Source: a virus | Taxonomy: Duplodnaviria > Heunggongvirae > Uroviricota > Caudoviricetes | Strand: one strand, 5' to 3' | Length of the DNA stretch: 64,000 nucleotides | IMG/VR virus record: IMGVR_UViG_3300045049_000270 | Shown: positions 54,120 to 63,242 of the stretch, one piece after another | How positions within the stretch are numbered: the stretch's first letter is position 1 | Layout of the letters: each line of letters opens with the position of its first letter | Notes under the pieces: generated by a model | Told to the model about the DNA's origin: nothing | Seen by the model: only the letters and a program-made list of their open reading frames with translations | Database searches by the model: none | Position numbers and translations under genes: made by a program

Positions 54120-54603
54120 TGATGTCATTATGATGATCGGTCCTGCTGGGTCAGGAAAGAGCACATGGATCAAGAATTTTCTTGCATCAACCGATCGTGA
54201 ATATGTGGTAATGAGCACTGATGATATCTTTGTTGAATGGGGTCAAGCTCTTGGGCTCAATTACAGCGAAGCGTTCAACCACTTCAAATACTCGGAAATC
54301 GAGAATGAATTTGATATACGTTTGGCTAGTGCTATTGCTAATCGCAAGAACATTATCTGGGATCAAACCAACTTGACCATCAAGTCTCGAGCAAAGAAGT
54401 TGAAGCGTTTCCCTTCACATTATCGTAAGCGTGCAGTTGTCTTCAACCTACCAGAAGAAATCGTGAAAGAACGTCTCAATAATCCTGATCGTTTGGCTGC
54501 GGGAAAAATCATTCCAACATATGTGACAGCTAACATGTTCAAGTCTTTTGAAGCACCAGATATTGGTGAATTCGATGAGGTGATCGAAACCATCACATCA
54601 TGA
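54109..54603 (+). CDS. Polynucleotide-kinase-like P-loop kinase (AAA_33)
   Basis: GPAGSGKSTW, STDD, WDQTNL...R, GEFD. Confidence 0.85.
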   Translation: MMFNDVIMMIGPAGSGKSTWIKNFLASTDREYVVMSTDDIFVEWGQALGLNYSEAFNHFKYSEIENEFDIRLASAIANRKNIIWDQTNLTIKSRAKKLKRFPSHYRKRAVVFNLPEEIVKERLNNPDRLAAGKIIPTYVTANMFKSFEAPDIGEFDEVIETITS

Positions 54604-54648
54604 TATGGTAATAATTTTGTAACATTACAAAACATTCGTGCTATATTG

Positions 54649-54805
54649 AAGCTTGGTAAGTATATACTTACCAGTTCATAAACGGTATTTCAAGCTCTAC
54701 CTTTATGAAGGGATGGAGGTCCCCATCTCACATAAGCTTGAACTTAGTGAGATTTGGAGCGGCTACATGGCCGCTCCAACTATATCTGGCGGAAATAGTT
54801 GCGAA
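54649..54805 (+). ncRNA. Candidate structured non-coding RNA
   Basis: Three consecutive stems: TGGTAAGTA/TACTTACCA; TTCAAGCT/AGCTTGAA with nested stem; TTGGAGCGGC/GCCGCTCCAA. Confidence 0.4.
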
Positions 54806-54853
54806 GTTTGGTGCCATTTTGCATAATGCTTGTGTAACTTTTATGGTACTTCC

Positions 54854-55156
54854 ATGGTTGATAACGATAACGAAGAAGAATTCGAAATGACGTCTGATAT
54901 TGAAGCTGACATTGAAGAAATGCTGTTCCGCATGGGTTACACTGAAACTGAGATTGATGCAATCAAGGCTTCAGTAATTGAAGCAATGCAAGACCCAGAA
55001 TATCAAGCGGCAGCGCAAGCTGCGGGTGCAACTGGTGATGTATTTCTTTCCATTACACCGGATGGCAAATATAAAGCGCATTCGATCACTGATCCAGCAG
55101 TCATTGATGCAATGAACGAGCTGTTTTATAGTTATCCTCCTCCAACAGTTCATTAA
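54854..55156 (+). CDS. Acidic hypothetical protein
   Basis: D/E-rich ORF. Confidence 0.65.
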   Translation: MVDNDNEEEFEMTSDIEADIEEMLFRMGYTETEIDAIKASVIEAMQDPEYQAAAQAAGATGDVFLSITPDGKYKAHSITDPAVIDAMNELFYSYPPPTVH

Positions 55157-55157
55157 C

Positions 55158-55403
55158 ATGAGAATTCCATCAGAAGTCAAAACGACGATTAGCCAATTGT
55201 GGCCTATTTTCGTGTGTATGGTTTTATTGCTGCTTATAATTGGTATCGGTGGATGTGGACAGGGGTATCAAACATTGCAAACGTCTCAAGAGACGGCTAG
55301 TGCGTTTATTCGTTCATGCGATGCTACCACCATTCAGGTCACAATGAGTCAGCAGGACGCAGCTAAGACTATGGCAGTAACATGTAAAGCATCACACGAT
55401 TAA
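55158..55403 (+). CDS. Small membrane-anchored (lipoprotein-like) protein
   Basis: TM plus GGC; AFIRSC...VTC shared with next gene. Confidence 0.65.
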   Translation: MRIPSEVKTTISQLWPIFVCMVLLLLIIGIGGCGQGYQTLQTSQETASAFIRSCDATTIQVTMSQQDAAKTMAVTCKASHD

Positions 55404-55404
55404 C

Positions 55405-55755
55405 ATGACCTTATCATTCTTCATCTACGCATTAATTGGTTCGTTCGTTTTTTGCCTATTGTTGGCGATTTCTGGATCATATCGCACACCACAACAAATG
55501 CTCACGAAATATTGGTGGGAGAAAGTTGTAGTTTTAACTGCTACTTTATACAGTGCAATCATAATTGTGGCTGCGGCAATATGGCTTTGTGCAACGATGT
55601 TGAAGAATGACTTCAAACGAGATTTTGAACAACCAGTCCCTCCGAAAGATCCCCAGGCATTCCTAGAGAGCTGCCAAGCGTCTACAGTTCGATATAGTAC
55701 CCGGAGAGTGAGTAGCACACAGCAGCTTACCATAAGCTGTTCTACGCGGAATTAG
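55405..55755 (+). CDS. Membrane protein, paralogue of previous gene
   Basis: 2 TM; AFLESC...ISC. Confidence 0.65.
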   Translation: MTLSFFIYALIGSFVFCLLLAISGSYRTPQQMLTKYWWEKVVVLTATLYSAIIIVAAAIWLCATMLKNDFKRDFEQPVPPKDPQAFLESCQASTVRYSTRRVSSTQQLTISCSTRN

Positions 55756-55818
55756 GCATATGCCAGGGGTCTTTCCTGGCATATCACCATTCATTATGTT
55801 CATTTAATAAATAGAAAC

Positions 55819-56043
55819 ATGAACATTAATGACTTTGCACCATTCCGCTCCCGTTTAGACGAACTCGGTACAATTGTGCCAGGCGTTAATACCACTTGTG
55901 ACGTCGATGTTGATGAGACGCCAAAGCAAGCTAAGAAGTTTGGTAATATAGTCACAATTGGTGGCATCCCTCCGCTCCTACGCACAGATGGCCTAGTTGA
56001 AGGCCGAAGATCAATTCTCTCCGAGATAATTGGCAAGAAATAA
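55819..56043 (+). CDS. Small late phage protein
   Basis: TAAATA upstream; GVNTT.DV...QAKKFGN...G.PP motif. Confidence 0.7.
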   Translation: MNINDFAPFRSRLDELGTIVPGVNTTCDVDVDETPKQAKKFGNIVTIGGIPPLLRTDGLVEGRRSILSEIIGKK

Positions 56044-56100
56044 CTTGCTTTCATCTGCCATATTGTTACAATACATCAAGTGCAGAGATGCACGTCAAAC

Positions 56101-56175
56101 GCGTCCATCGTTCAATGGATAGGACACGGGTCTTCTAAACCTGTAATGAGGGTTCAATTCCTTCTGGACGCGCCA
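56101..56175 (+). tRNA. tRNA-Arg (anticodon TCT) with encoded CCA
   Basis: Acceptor GCGTCCA/TGGACGC, anticodon arm CGGGT-CTTCTAA-ACCTG, T-loop GGTTCAATTCC, 3' GCCA. Confidence 0.95.
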
Positions 56176-56195
56176 TAAGCAGTTCTGGAGATGTA

Positions 56196-56615
56196 ATGAC
56201 GTACCTATCAAAACAAGAGTTGTTCGATAAAGCTGTTCATCATTTATTTTCCCAAGCAAAAGCTGGCCTACTTAAAGGTGGCGGAGGTGCTTATCGCGGC
56301 TATGGTGGAGGTTGTTGTCCAATTGGTGGTTTAATTGCTAATGAAGATTATTCCACTTCAATGGAAGGTATACCAGTTCGATATATTTGTCGTTCTGACA
56401 AAGTAGGTATTCCAGCGTATATGGATGCAGGTATCAATGCTCTAGAACTCGGCCTTCGTAAGGTGGGTGTAGACATTGATGAACCTGGTATGCCAGACTT
56501 CCTCAGCAAGCTTCAAAATGTGCATGACATTTTTGGCACTTGGGAATGGAAAGACCGTTTTATTTCGATAGCAAACGAATATGATTTAAATACAGATATT
56601 ATTAATCTGTTTTGA
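56196..56615 (+). CDS. Hypothetical phage protein
   Basis: SKQELFD...CPIGGLI...LQNVHD; paralogue of next gene. Confidence 0.8.
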   Translation: MTYLSKQELFDKAVHHLFSQAKAGLLKGGGGAYRGYGGGCCPIGGLIANEDYSTSMEGIPVRYICRSDKVGIPAYMDAGINALELGLRKVGVDIDEPGMPDFLSKLQNVHDIFGTWEWKDRFISIANEYDLNTDIINLF

Positions 56616-57016
56616 GGTCATCGGTGTTATCGAAGCAAGAAGTATATGAACATGTCAGAAACCATTTACTGACTCAAAATTCAAGATCAGTAGATGATAA
56701 TGACTGTCCGTTGTATCATGCCCCTTGGGGTCACAAATGTGCAATTGGTTGTTTGATCGCCAATGAGCACTATCAACACAAGATTCAGGGAACGGCGGTG
56801 TTTTTGACACGGACCCGTCCCAAAAATCCATTCGAGCGCAGCGCAGATCATATTCTGGCCGATGCGCTTTTTAAATCTGGTGTAGATGTTGATGATGAAG
56901 AAATGCTCGATCTTTTGATTGAATTGCAGGATCTTCATGATGTGATTCCAATTGACCGATGGAACAGTGAATTGGACGCAATAGCTTTGAACCATGGCTT
57001 AGCATTACCGCTCTAG
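56612..57016 (+). CDS. Hypothetical phage protein, paralogue of previous gene
   Basis: SKQEVYE...CAIGCLI...LQDLHD. Confidence 0.8.
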   Translation: MRSSVLSKQEVYEHVRNHLLTQNSRSVDDNDCPLYHAPWGHKCAIGCLIANEHYQHKIQGTAVFLTRTRPKNPFERSADHILADALFKSGVDVDDEEMLDLLIELQDLHDVIPIDRWNSELDAIALNHGLALPL

Positions 57017-57101
57017 TCCAAATGCTGACGATATAAGGAATACCTATCGAGTGAATTTTACTTAAAGAGCGATTTTACTCATCAGGTAAACCAATAAATA
57101 T

Positions 57102-57818
57102 ATGTATCGGGTCTGCCATCACTTTGGTGTCAGACCCGATATCTTTTTCGGAAGAGAGGTGAGAGCATTGAAGAAATTTAAATATTTCCTTTCAATGTTG
57201 TCGTTCTTGGCCGTTGCTATCATTTGTAAGCCATGTTTTGCAGATGATATGGAAAATGTGGCGCCGTTTTCATACGAACCGGTGGCACAAGAGACGTTGC
57301 AACCACAAGCGTCACTGACTCCGCAGCAGCAAGTCGATAACATTCGGGAAACCCTGACTTTAGATGAATCGTATGTGTTGAATCTAAAGGAAACCGATCC
57401 AACAATGTATTGTCTGGCACAAAACGCATTCTTTGAAGCACGTGCTGAAAATTTGCTTAATAAAGTGGCAGTAACAGAAGTAGTAAAAAATCGTTTGGAT
57501 AGTGGCAAATATGCTGGTACGCTTTGCGCGATTGTTCGCCAAAAGACATCTGGTATTTGTCAATTCAGCTGGGTTTGCCAACATTTGGGTAACATTCCAT
57601 TGCACAATAGCGATGGCACATTGCGTGAAGAAATTTACAAGCAATGGTATGATAGCGTAGTCGCTGCATACATCGTAGTCAATAATATGCTTACGAAGCC
57701 ATTAGTGCCAGGTGCAACGAATTTCTACGCGCAACGGGCAGTTCATCCAGCCTGGGCAAGTAGCTTTAAACGTATTGCAGTCATAGGTGGTCACACATAC
57801 ATGAAACCTCGGGAGTAA
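57102..57818 (+). CDS. Cell wall hydrolase (SleB/Hydrolase_2) with N-terminal signal/anchor
   Basis: CLAQNAFFEAR, V.NR, CQFSWVC, GATNFYA, PAW, IGGHTY. Confidence 0.9.
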   Translation: MYRVCHHFGVRPDIFFGREVRALKKFKYFLSMLSFLAVAIICKPCFADDMENVAPFSYEPVAQETLQPQASLTPQQQVDNIRETLTLDESYVLNLKETDPTMYCLAQNAFFEARAENLLNKVAVTEVVKNRLDSGKYAGTLCAIVRQKTSGICQFSWVCQHLGNIPLHNSDGTLREEIYKQWYDSVVAAYIVVNNMLTKPLVPGATNFYAQRAVHPAWASSFKRIAVIGGHTYMKPRE

Positions 57819-57878
57819 TACTCCCCAAGTAGTATTGAAAGCCCGCATAAATACTTGCGGGCTTTCACCATTTCAACT

Positions 57879-58307
57879 ATGACACAAGACGTCTCATTCG
57901 ACCCAAACAACCCAGAACAAATATGGGACATCGTTAACCCAGCGGATGATGGGTATCTACTTGTTGAAGCAATGCGAGTAGCTGCTATTCCATTCACCGT
58001 AGCGCCCAACAGCTATGTCATGGTTAACGTGATTCATACTGCACGTGTTCAAGATTGGTCCCTACGTTGTTGGTTCAGTGTAAATCCTTATGGTGAAAGT
58101 TTGACGTTTTCAAACGACATGATTTCAAGTTGGGCGGCCCGTCGTAAGAAACTCTTCCAAATCTGTTTGTTCACAGGTAGTGCTCCAGGTACTGATCCAG
58201 AGGTGCCAGTGTACAGTTTGCGGATTCAACCAGGTTCCTACCACCTTAACATACAAAACTTCTTTAATGGGCAAAATGGCTGCTATGTGCTATTGACTAA
58301 TTCATAA
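57879..58307 (+). CDS. Hypothetical (putative late) protein
   Basis: TAAATA upstream; start reassigned to MTQDV. Confidence 0.65.
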   Translation: MTQDVSFDPNNPEQIWDIVNPADDGYLLVEAMRVAAIPFTVAPNSYVMVNVIHTARVQDWSLRCWFSVNPYGESLTFSNDMISSWAARRKKLFQICLFTGSAPGTDPEVPVYSLRIQPGSYHLNIQNFFNGQNGCYVLLTNS

Positions 58308-58348
58308 GCCAAGCTACAATAGGCAAACTAGTCAACACAGGAGCAAAC

Positions 58349-59020
58349 ATGCTGTATGGATTTCGTAAGGACGGTCTCGAAACCGTCGTAACCGCCAGCC
58401 ACGGCAACACGCCGATTCTCTACAAATGGTACGAGGATCTCGCAAAAGATGATGACACGTTCATCGGTCGTCGCCAGACAGAATTCATGGACAAATTCAC
58501 ACATGAATTTGGTCGAGTACGTGAAGATGTTTTTGTGTTCTCTCACAAAGACACAGCACAGCAAGAAGCATTCATTACCAAGTATCAAATCACCATCCTG
58601 AACCCGCAAAATGCATGGGATCGTCACGACGATATGGTCGACTTTGATGCACCCGATTACTACGATGTGAGCGAAACACGCACGATCGAGGAACTTGAAG
58701 GGTTGACTGAAGGCAATGATCGTTGGGATCGCCGCACGGATGAACAGAAAGAAGCTGATAAGAAGATGAAGGAAATGATCGAGCAATTGAAGAAAGACGG
58801 CCAGATGAGCTCCGATGGAAGCTTCACGCCGCGCAAGCCCAAGAAAGGTGAAGGAAACCTTGCGCACGTGGATGAAATTCGCACCACACGCAATGCGGAT
58901 GGTACGATTAGCATCGACAACGTACTTGCTAGAAAGGATTATAGCAATCTGCGCGAAGACGCAAAACAACAAGAACAAAAGGACTCGCAACAAGGTGAGA
59001 AAGGTGCCGATCCTGCCTGA
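58349..59020 (+). CDS. Charged hypothetical protein
   Basis: AGGAG RBS. Confidence 0.75.
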   Translation: MLYGFRKDGLETVVTASHGNTPILYKWYEDLAKDDDTFIGRRQTEFMDKFTHEFGRVREDVFVFSHKDTAQQEAFITKYQITILNPQNAWDRHDDMVDFDAPDYYDVSETRTIEELEGLTEGNDRWDRRTDEQKEADKKMKEMIEQLKKDGQMSSDGSFTPRKPKKGEGNLAHVDEIRTTRNADGTISIDNVLARKDYSNLREDAKQQEQKDSQQGEKGADPA

Positions 59021-59369
59021 TAACGCAACCTTGCGGATGTTTATTGACGCTATTGAAACTGATGGTGTTAACACGGCCGCACATGTGTTTATCAGTAATT
59101 ACTTCCAACGTCCTGAATTTCAAGTTCTAATCGAAAGTGAAACGTTACGAGAGGCAATGAAGGAAGCTATCAACGCTGATTTGGCAGTTCGGCGTGAAAC
59201 AGTTGATGCTTCCTTTCTTAAATTGCTTTTTCCTGCCACCCGTCGCAAATTAAACAAATTGGTGGCAATTCGTGATGAGAAGTTCGAGAACTATGAGATG
59301 CTTCGTAGGTTGATTGCTTTAGATAATAAAGCAATCACGCTAACAAAGACACGATGGGCCAAAAAATAA
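58815..59369 (+). CDS. Hypothetical protein, paralogue of the C-terminal domain of 59458..59988 (true start probably near 59000)
   Basis: IESETLR...DEKFENYEMLRRL. Confidence 0.65.
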   Translation: MEASRRASPRKVKETLRTWMKFAPHAMRMVRLASTTYLLERIIAICAKTQNNKNKRTRNKVRKVPILPDNATLRMFIDAIETDGVNTAAHVFISNYFQRPEFQVLIESETLREAMKEAINADLAVRRETVDASFLKLLFPATRRKLNKLVAIRDEKFENYEMLRRLIALDNKAITLTKTRWAKK

Positions 59370-59457
59370 AAGAATAACCCACAATTCGAATTTCCAAATA
59401 AGAAGTAGACTGAATTGAATCAGTCTACTTCTTATCATATCTAATAAGAAATAGTTC

Positions 59458-59988
59458 ATGAGCAATAATTCAAATAACAAATGCATAATGCCAATAGTCA
59501 GAAGGATTATGCCAAACTTAGTTGCTGGGCAACTAGTTGGAGTACAGCCAATGAATCAATCAACTGGGTCGATTTTTACAGCAAAACCAGGTACAGGATT
59601 TGCTTCTGAAAAATACTACGCAATTGAGAAGCTGCGTGAACTGATTAGAAAATCGAAAGGATATCGAGAATACAAGGATTGGATTGGTCAATTCATTTAT
59701 GAAATTATCAAATTAATTAATGCTGGTGATGAACTAGATCTCATTCGAGAAGCAGGCTTTGGTGATTACATTGACAGTGAAACATTACGCATCTCTGCCA
59801 AATCTTTACTAGATTCACAATATGAATTGGCTGATGCCGCGGCAAACAAATTTGAAGGGATGTCAAAACATGATATCGATTTACTTTGTGCAGAGCTTGA
59901 TAGCAAACACGAAGATTATGAAATAATCAGGCGATTAGTTAATCCTGATAATCCAGATACGTTGTTATTATCTAGATTAACATACTGA
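59458..59988 (+). CDS. Protein with N-terminal major-capsid (gp23 Gol-like) peptide
   Basis: IMPIVRRIMPNLVAGQLVGVQPMNQSTGSIF; C-terminal IDSETLR...DSKHEDYEIIRRL. Confidence 0.8.
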   Translation: MSNNSNNKCIMPIVRRIMPNLVAGQLVGVQPMNQSTGSIFTAKPGTGFASEKYYAIEKLRELIRKSKGYREYKDWIGQFIYEIIKLINAGDELDLIREAGFGDYIDSETLRISAKSLLDSQYELADAAANKFEGMSKHDIDLLCAELDSKHEDYEIIRRLVNPDNPDTLLLSRLTY

Positions 59989-60048
59989 AAATGATGAAAA
60001 CGGCCATTTGGCCGTTTTCATCATTTGGGTCTAACGAACATCAGTAAT

Positions 60049-60309
60049 TTACAGAGCCTTGAACAAAGCTATGATCTTTGCAATGATCTTTGCCATGAAA
60101 CCTTGCTTCTTAACTTCTTCAACCACTGGTTGCACATCAGCAACAACTTGTTGAGCATCAGTCTTAACATCAGCAACCACTGGTTGAATAGCGTTTGTAA
60201 CTGTTTGAGCTACATCTGATGCAACAGTTTGTGCGGTGTCAGCAACTTGGGCTGCAACTTGTGAAGCTTGGTCTACAATATTCTGTACGTTTGTTGTAAT
60301 ATCTGCCAT
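60049..60309 (-). CDS. Low-complexity A/V/Q/D-rich small protein
   Basis: TAAATA plus AGGAG; internal repeats QPVVADV/QQVVADV; amphipathic basic C-terminus. Confidence 0.75.
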   Translation of the reverse strand: MADITTNVQNIVDQASQVAAQVADTAQTVASDVAQTVTNAIQPVVADVKTDAQQVVADVQPVVEEVKKQGFMAKIIAKIIALFKAL

Positions 60310-60451
60310 TTTTTCTTTCTCCTATCAAATGAAGACGGGCCTACGTCCTCGTTATTATTTAGTGATAGAAGAAAACTATTTATACCTACCTATTAATTTG
60401 TAAAATCTGTAACGGCATAAGCTTGACTACCGAAATTGATTAGTATTAAGT

Positions 60452-60883
60452 TTGGGTGCGGTCAAAATATTTGATCCTGAATGGATGAGTGTAAAATGGC
60501 AAATCATTAAGGAGAATGGAATGCCAGATTCACTTAAACGACTTCGAAAGCTTGCTGGAGTGGGTGAGCGAGAAGTTACAAAGGAAGACGACAAAAACTA
60601 TGACGCTGAGATTGAAGAATTCGAAGCACAAGAACGCCGTGAAGTGGCAGTCAAACAAACGATCGTAGCGACGTTTAAGCAGCTTGGTTTGACTGTTATT
60701 AAGGTTGAGTACGACGAACATCCAGAACGATCTGCAACAGTCATTCTTGATGATGAACCTCTAGGATGGTCTCTCAAAAAGTTGGCACAGCTTTATAATA
60801 CCAACCTATCTGACGAATATAAGGTTGGCGTTTACGACGTGAATATTGAAGTCTACTTTCGAGTACGTGACGATGTGAAATAA
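60452..60883 (+). CDS. Hypothetical protein (start probably 60521)
   Basis: AAGGAG; RLRKLAG motif. Confidence 0.7.
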   Translation: MGAVKIFDPEWMSVKWQIIKENGMPDSLKRLRKLAGVGEREVTKEDDKNYDAEIEEFEAQERREVAVKQTIVATFKQLGLTVIKVEYDEHPERSATVILDDEPLGWSLKKLAQLYNTNLSDEYKVGVYDVNIEVYFRVRDDVK

Positions 60884-60909
60884 TCACTTAGCTTTCATAA
60901 ATAACCTTT

Positions 60910-61461
60910 ATGAAAGCTAGTGACATTTCCCAACCCAGTGTGAAAACAACCATCCAAAAACTACAGCAAGATGGCTATAAAGTCATCGGCCGTGGTGCTG
61001 CTGCCATTGTCCTTGCAAAAGAACAAGGTGATGTGATCAAAATTGGATCCACCCATGATGGATGGTTGACCTATGCTAAAGCTTGTGAAGGTATGAATAA
61101 TCCATACCTTCCGCATATCAAAACCTTGTCTATTCATGATGGTTATTATGTTGCTGAAGTCGAACGTTTGAAAGACATTCCAGAATCATTTCACTCCACT
61201 AAACTTTACAAGCAAATCGTTGCATGGTTGGCTATTGTTTGTAAATGGGTTAATGGTCGTGATACATATCTTAGCCGATACACGCCAGATCAAATTAAGA
61301 AACTCGCAAAGGGTCTTGTATCTGAACATCCAGACTTAGTAGCTGCTCTTAAGTTAATTGGTATGAATAAGGGCACTCATAAATTTGATGTGCATCCTGA
61401 CAACATCATGAAACGATCTGATGGTCATCTAGTTCTTAGTGATCCTCTCGCCACGCTATAA
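60910..61461 (+). CDS. Protein-kinase-like protein
   Basis: IGRGAAAIV glycine loop, VIK, DVHPDNIM, SDP. Confidence 0.75.
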   Translation: MKASDISQPSVKTTIQKLQQDGYKVIGRGAAAIVLAKEQGDVIKIGSTHDGWLTYAKACEGMNNPYLPHIKTLSIHDGYYVAEVERLKDIPESFHSTKLYKQIVAWLAIVCKWVNGRDTYLSRYTPDQIKKLAKGLVSEHPDLVAALKLIGMNKGTHKFDVHPDNIMKRSDGHLVLSDPLATL

Positions 61462-61499
61462 ATTGATATAACTGACACACTACCGTATAGTGTGTCACT

Positions 61500-62552
61500 A
61501 TGAGAACGAAAAGAGTTTTAGTTACTGGTGCTGCTGGATTCATCGGCAATTATGTTGCACGCAGTCTTGCTAATTTTGGTTGTAGGGTAACTGCTGTTGA
61601 CAATATTCAACATGTTTATACTACCAATCCCATCGATATGCTGAAGTCGTTACGACTGAAGCGTCTTGTTATGTTTTCGCCATCACAATTGCGCTATGAC
61701 AATTGTGATTTGACCAATTTTTCCGATGTTGAACGCCTTTTCTCATATGAGAATTTTGATGTAGTAGTGCATCTAGCTGCCGAAACTGGTGTTCAACCTT
61801 CAATGAAGAATCCACATTTGTATGCTCAAGCAAACATGCTTGGATTCACTAATGTGATCGAACATTCAGCACGACATGAAGTAGCGAATTTCATATATGC
61901 TTCATCAAGCAGTGTATATGGAGCTAATGCGCAATTACCAATGCGTGAAGATGCTGATGTCAATAAACCATTGAGTTTTTATGCGGCGACTAAACGTTCT
62001 AATGAACTGATAGCGTATTCATATTCAGAAACTCGAAACCTGCAGACTACTGGCCTTCGGTTCTTTACTGTATTTGGACCTTATGGACGTCTTGATATGG
62101 CTCCATATCGTTTTGTTGATTCAATATTAAATGGTCATCCAATCGAGCTTTATAACTTCGGTAACAATCAACGTGATTTTACCCACATTTCAATGGTTGA
62201 ATATGCGGTAACACAATTAGTTCGCCAGACGTTTGTTCAGCAAATGCAATTTATTAATTTGCCATTGAAATATAGAATTTATAATGTCGGTACTGGTGAA
62301 CCAATTTCAACAAAGCAATTTCTCAATGAATTAGAAACTATAATTGGTATGAAGGCTAATGCATTATACACCAATTCAATTACAGGTGATGTTAATGATA
62401 CGCATGCTTGCACAGAATCTATGAAGTTGAATGGATTGTACATGCATCATAACAAAACCCGCACCGCTCAACTTGTTGAGCTTGTCAACTGGGTGAAGCT
62501 GTTTCAAACACATGGACAACAACCCATACCAGCCCATCCTCTCAAAATCTAG
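61500..62552 (+). CDS. NAD-dependent nucleotide-sugar epimerase (UDP-glucuronate 4-epimerase-like)
   Basis: TGAAGFIG, HLAA, ASSSSVYG, YAATK, LRFFTVFGPYGR. Confidence 0.92.
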   Translation: MRTKRVLVTGAAGFIGNYVARSLANFGCRVTAVDNIQHVYTTNPIDMLKSLRLKRLVMFSPSQLRYDNCDLTNFSDVERLFSYENFDVVVHLAAETGVQPSMKNPHLYAQANMLGFTNVIEHSARHEVANFIYASSSSVYGANAQLPMREDADVNKPLSFYAATKRSNELIAYSYSETRNLQTTGLRFFTVFGPYGRLDMAPYRFVDSILNGHPIELYNFGNNQRDFTHISMVEYAVTQLVRQTFVQQMQFINLPLKYRIYNVGTGEPISTKQFLNELETIIGMKANALYTNSITGDVNDTHACTESMKLNGLYMHHNKTRTAQLVELVNWVKLFQTHGQQPIPAHPLKI

Positions 62553-62621
62553 TTCACCTAGTGTTGCATTCTGCACCAATTGACTATACAATTGGCACAT
62601 AGTCAAAGACTGAGGAATGTA

Positions 62622-63242
62622 ATGCCGCTTGTATCCGTATGGAAATGCCCTCGAACTGGTAAGCTTTTCGAACGCAAACGTGCTTATATCAAGTACCTTC
62701 GGAGCATTGCGAGTCAAAACCTCGAATCGAAAAAACGTCGGCGCCGGTACAAAGTCATAGTTGATTCTGAAGCCGCGATGCGCGAACGCGTCAACACGCC
62801 GCAAGAAATTGTTCAATGGTATTACCATAATTGGGACGAATTGGTATATCAATGCTGGGAGCGCGAGCTTAACGCTTGTTATAAGGACCATATATTTGAC
62901 CTAAAACGAGCACCCAAGATTTTGCAAATGAAATTGCAACTCAGCCGAACATCAGATATTTCTGGTTTCTGGCAGAAGAAAGACCCTAACCACGTTCCAA
63001 AGCCTGGTTTTAGCGGTACGGTTGAAGTTGAAATGTTTTGCCCCAAGGGCTCCTATTCACTGGGCAGCGAGATATTTGATATCACACGTAGTATAGTTAC
63101 TGGTGGTGGGAACGGTGGATCAGCTATGCGCTATAGCTGCACGTTATCAGATGATCTTTGGCCCGGTTTGGTTATTGGTTGGAATCGAGCACAAGCTTTT
63201 AAGAAAGTTGCTATGCCGTTCACATCTCCTGAGTTCATATAA
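62622..63242 (+). CDS. Hypothetical protein (start reassigned), paralogue of 63800..
   Basis: GAGG RBS; WKCPRTGKLF; DLWPGL. Confidence 0.75.
   Translation: MPLVSVWKCPRTGKLFERKRAYIKYLRSIASQNLESKKRRRRYKVIVDSEAAMRERVNTPQEIVQWYYHNWDELVYQCWERELNACYKDHIFDLKRAPKILQMKLQLSRTSDISGFWQKKDPNHVPKPGFSGTVEVEMFCPKGSYSLGSEIFDITRSIVTGGGNGGSAMRYSCTLSDDLWPGLVIGWNRAQAFKKVAMPFTSPEFI

Noticed and set aside
58328-59074. 248-aa minus-strand ORF (also 25866..26435, 27417..27956, 43311..43817, 8104..8547, 62376..62891)
   Set aside because: These are antisense shadows of well-supported plus-strand genes, with no motifs or RBS.
59458-59988. Major capsid protein gene or its pseudogene
   Set aside because: Only about 30 residues resemble gp23. 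The rest is paralogous to the upstream non-capsid gene.
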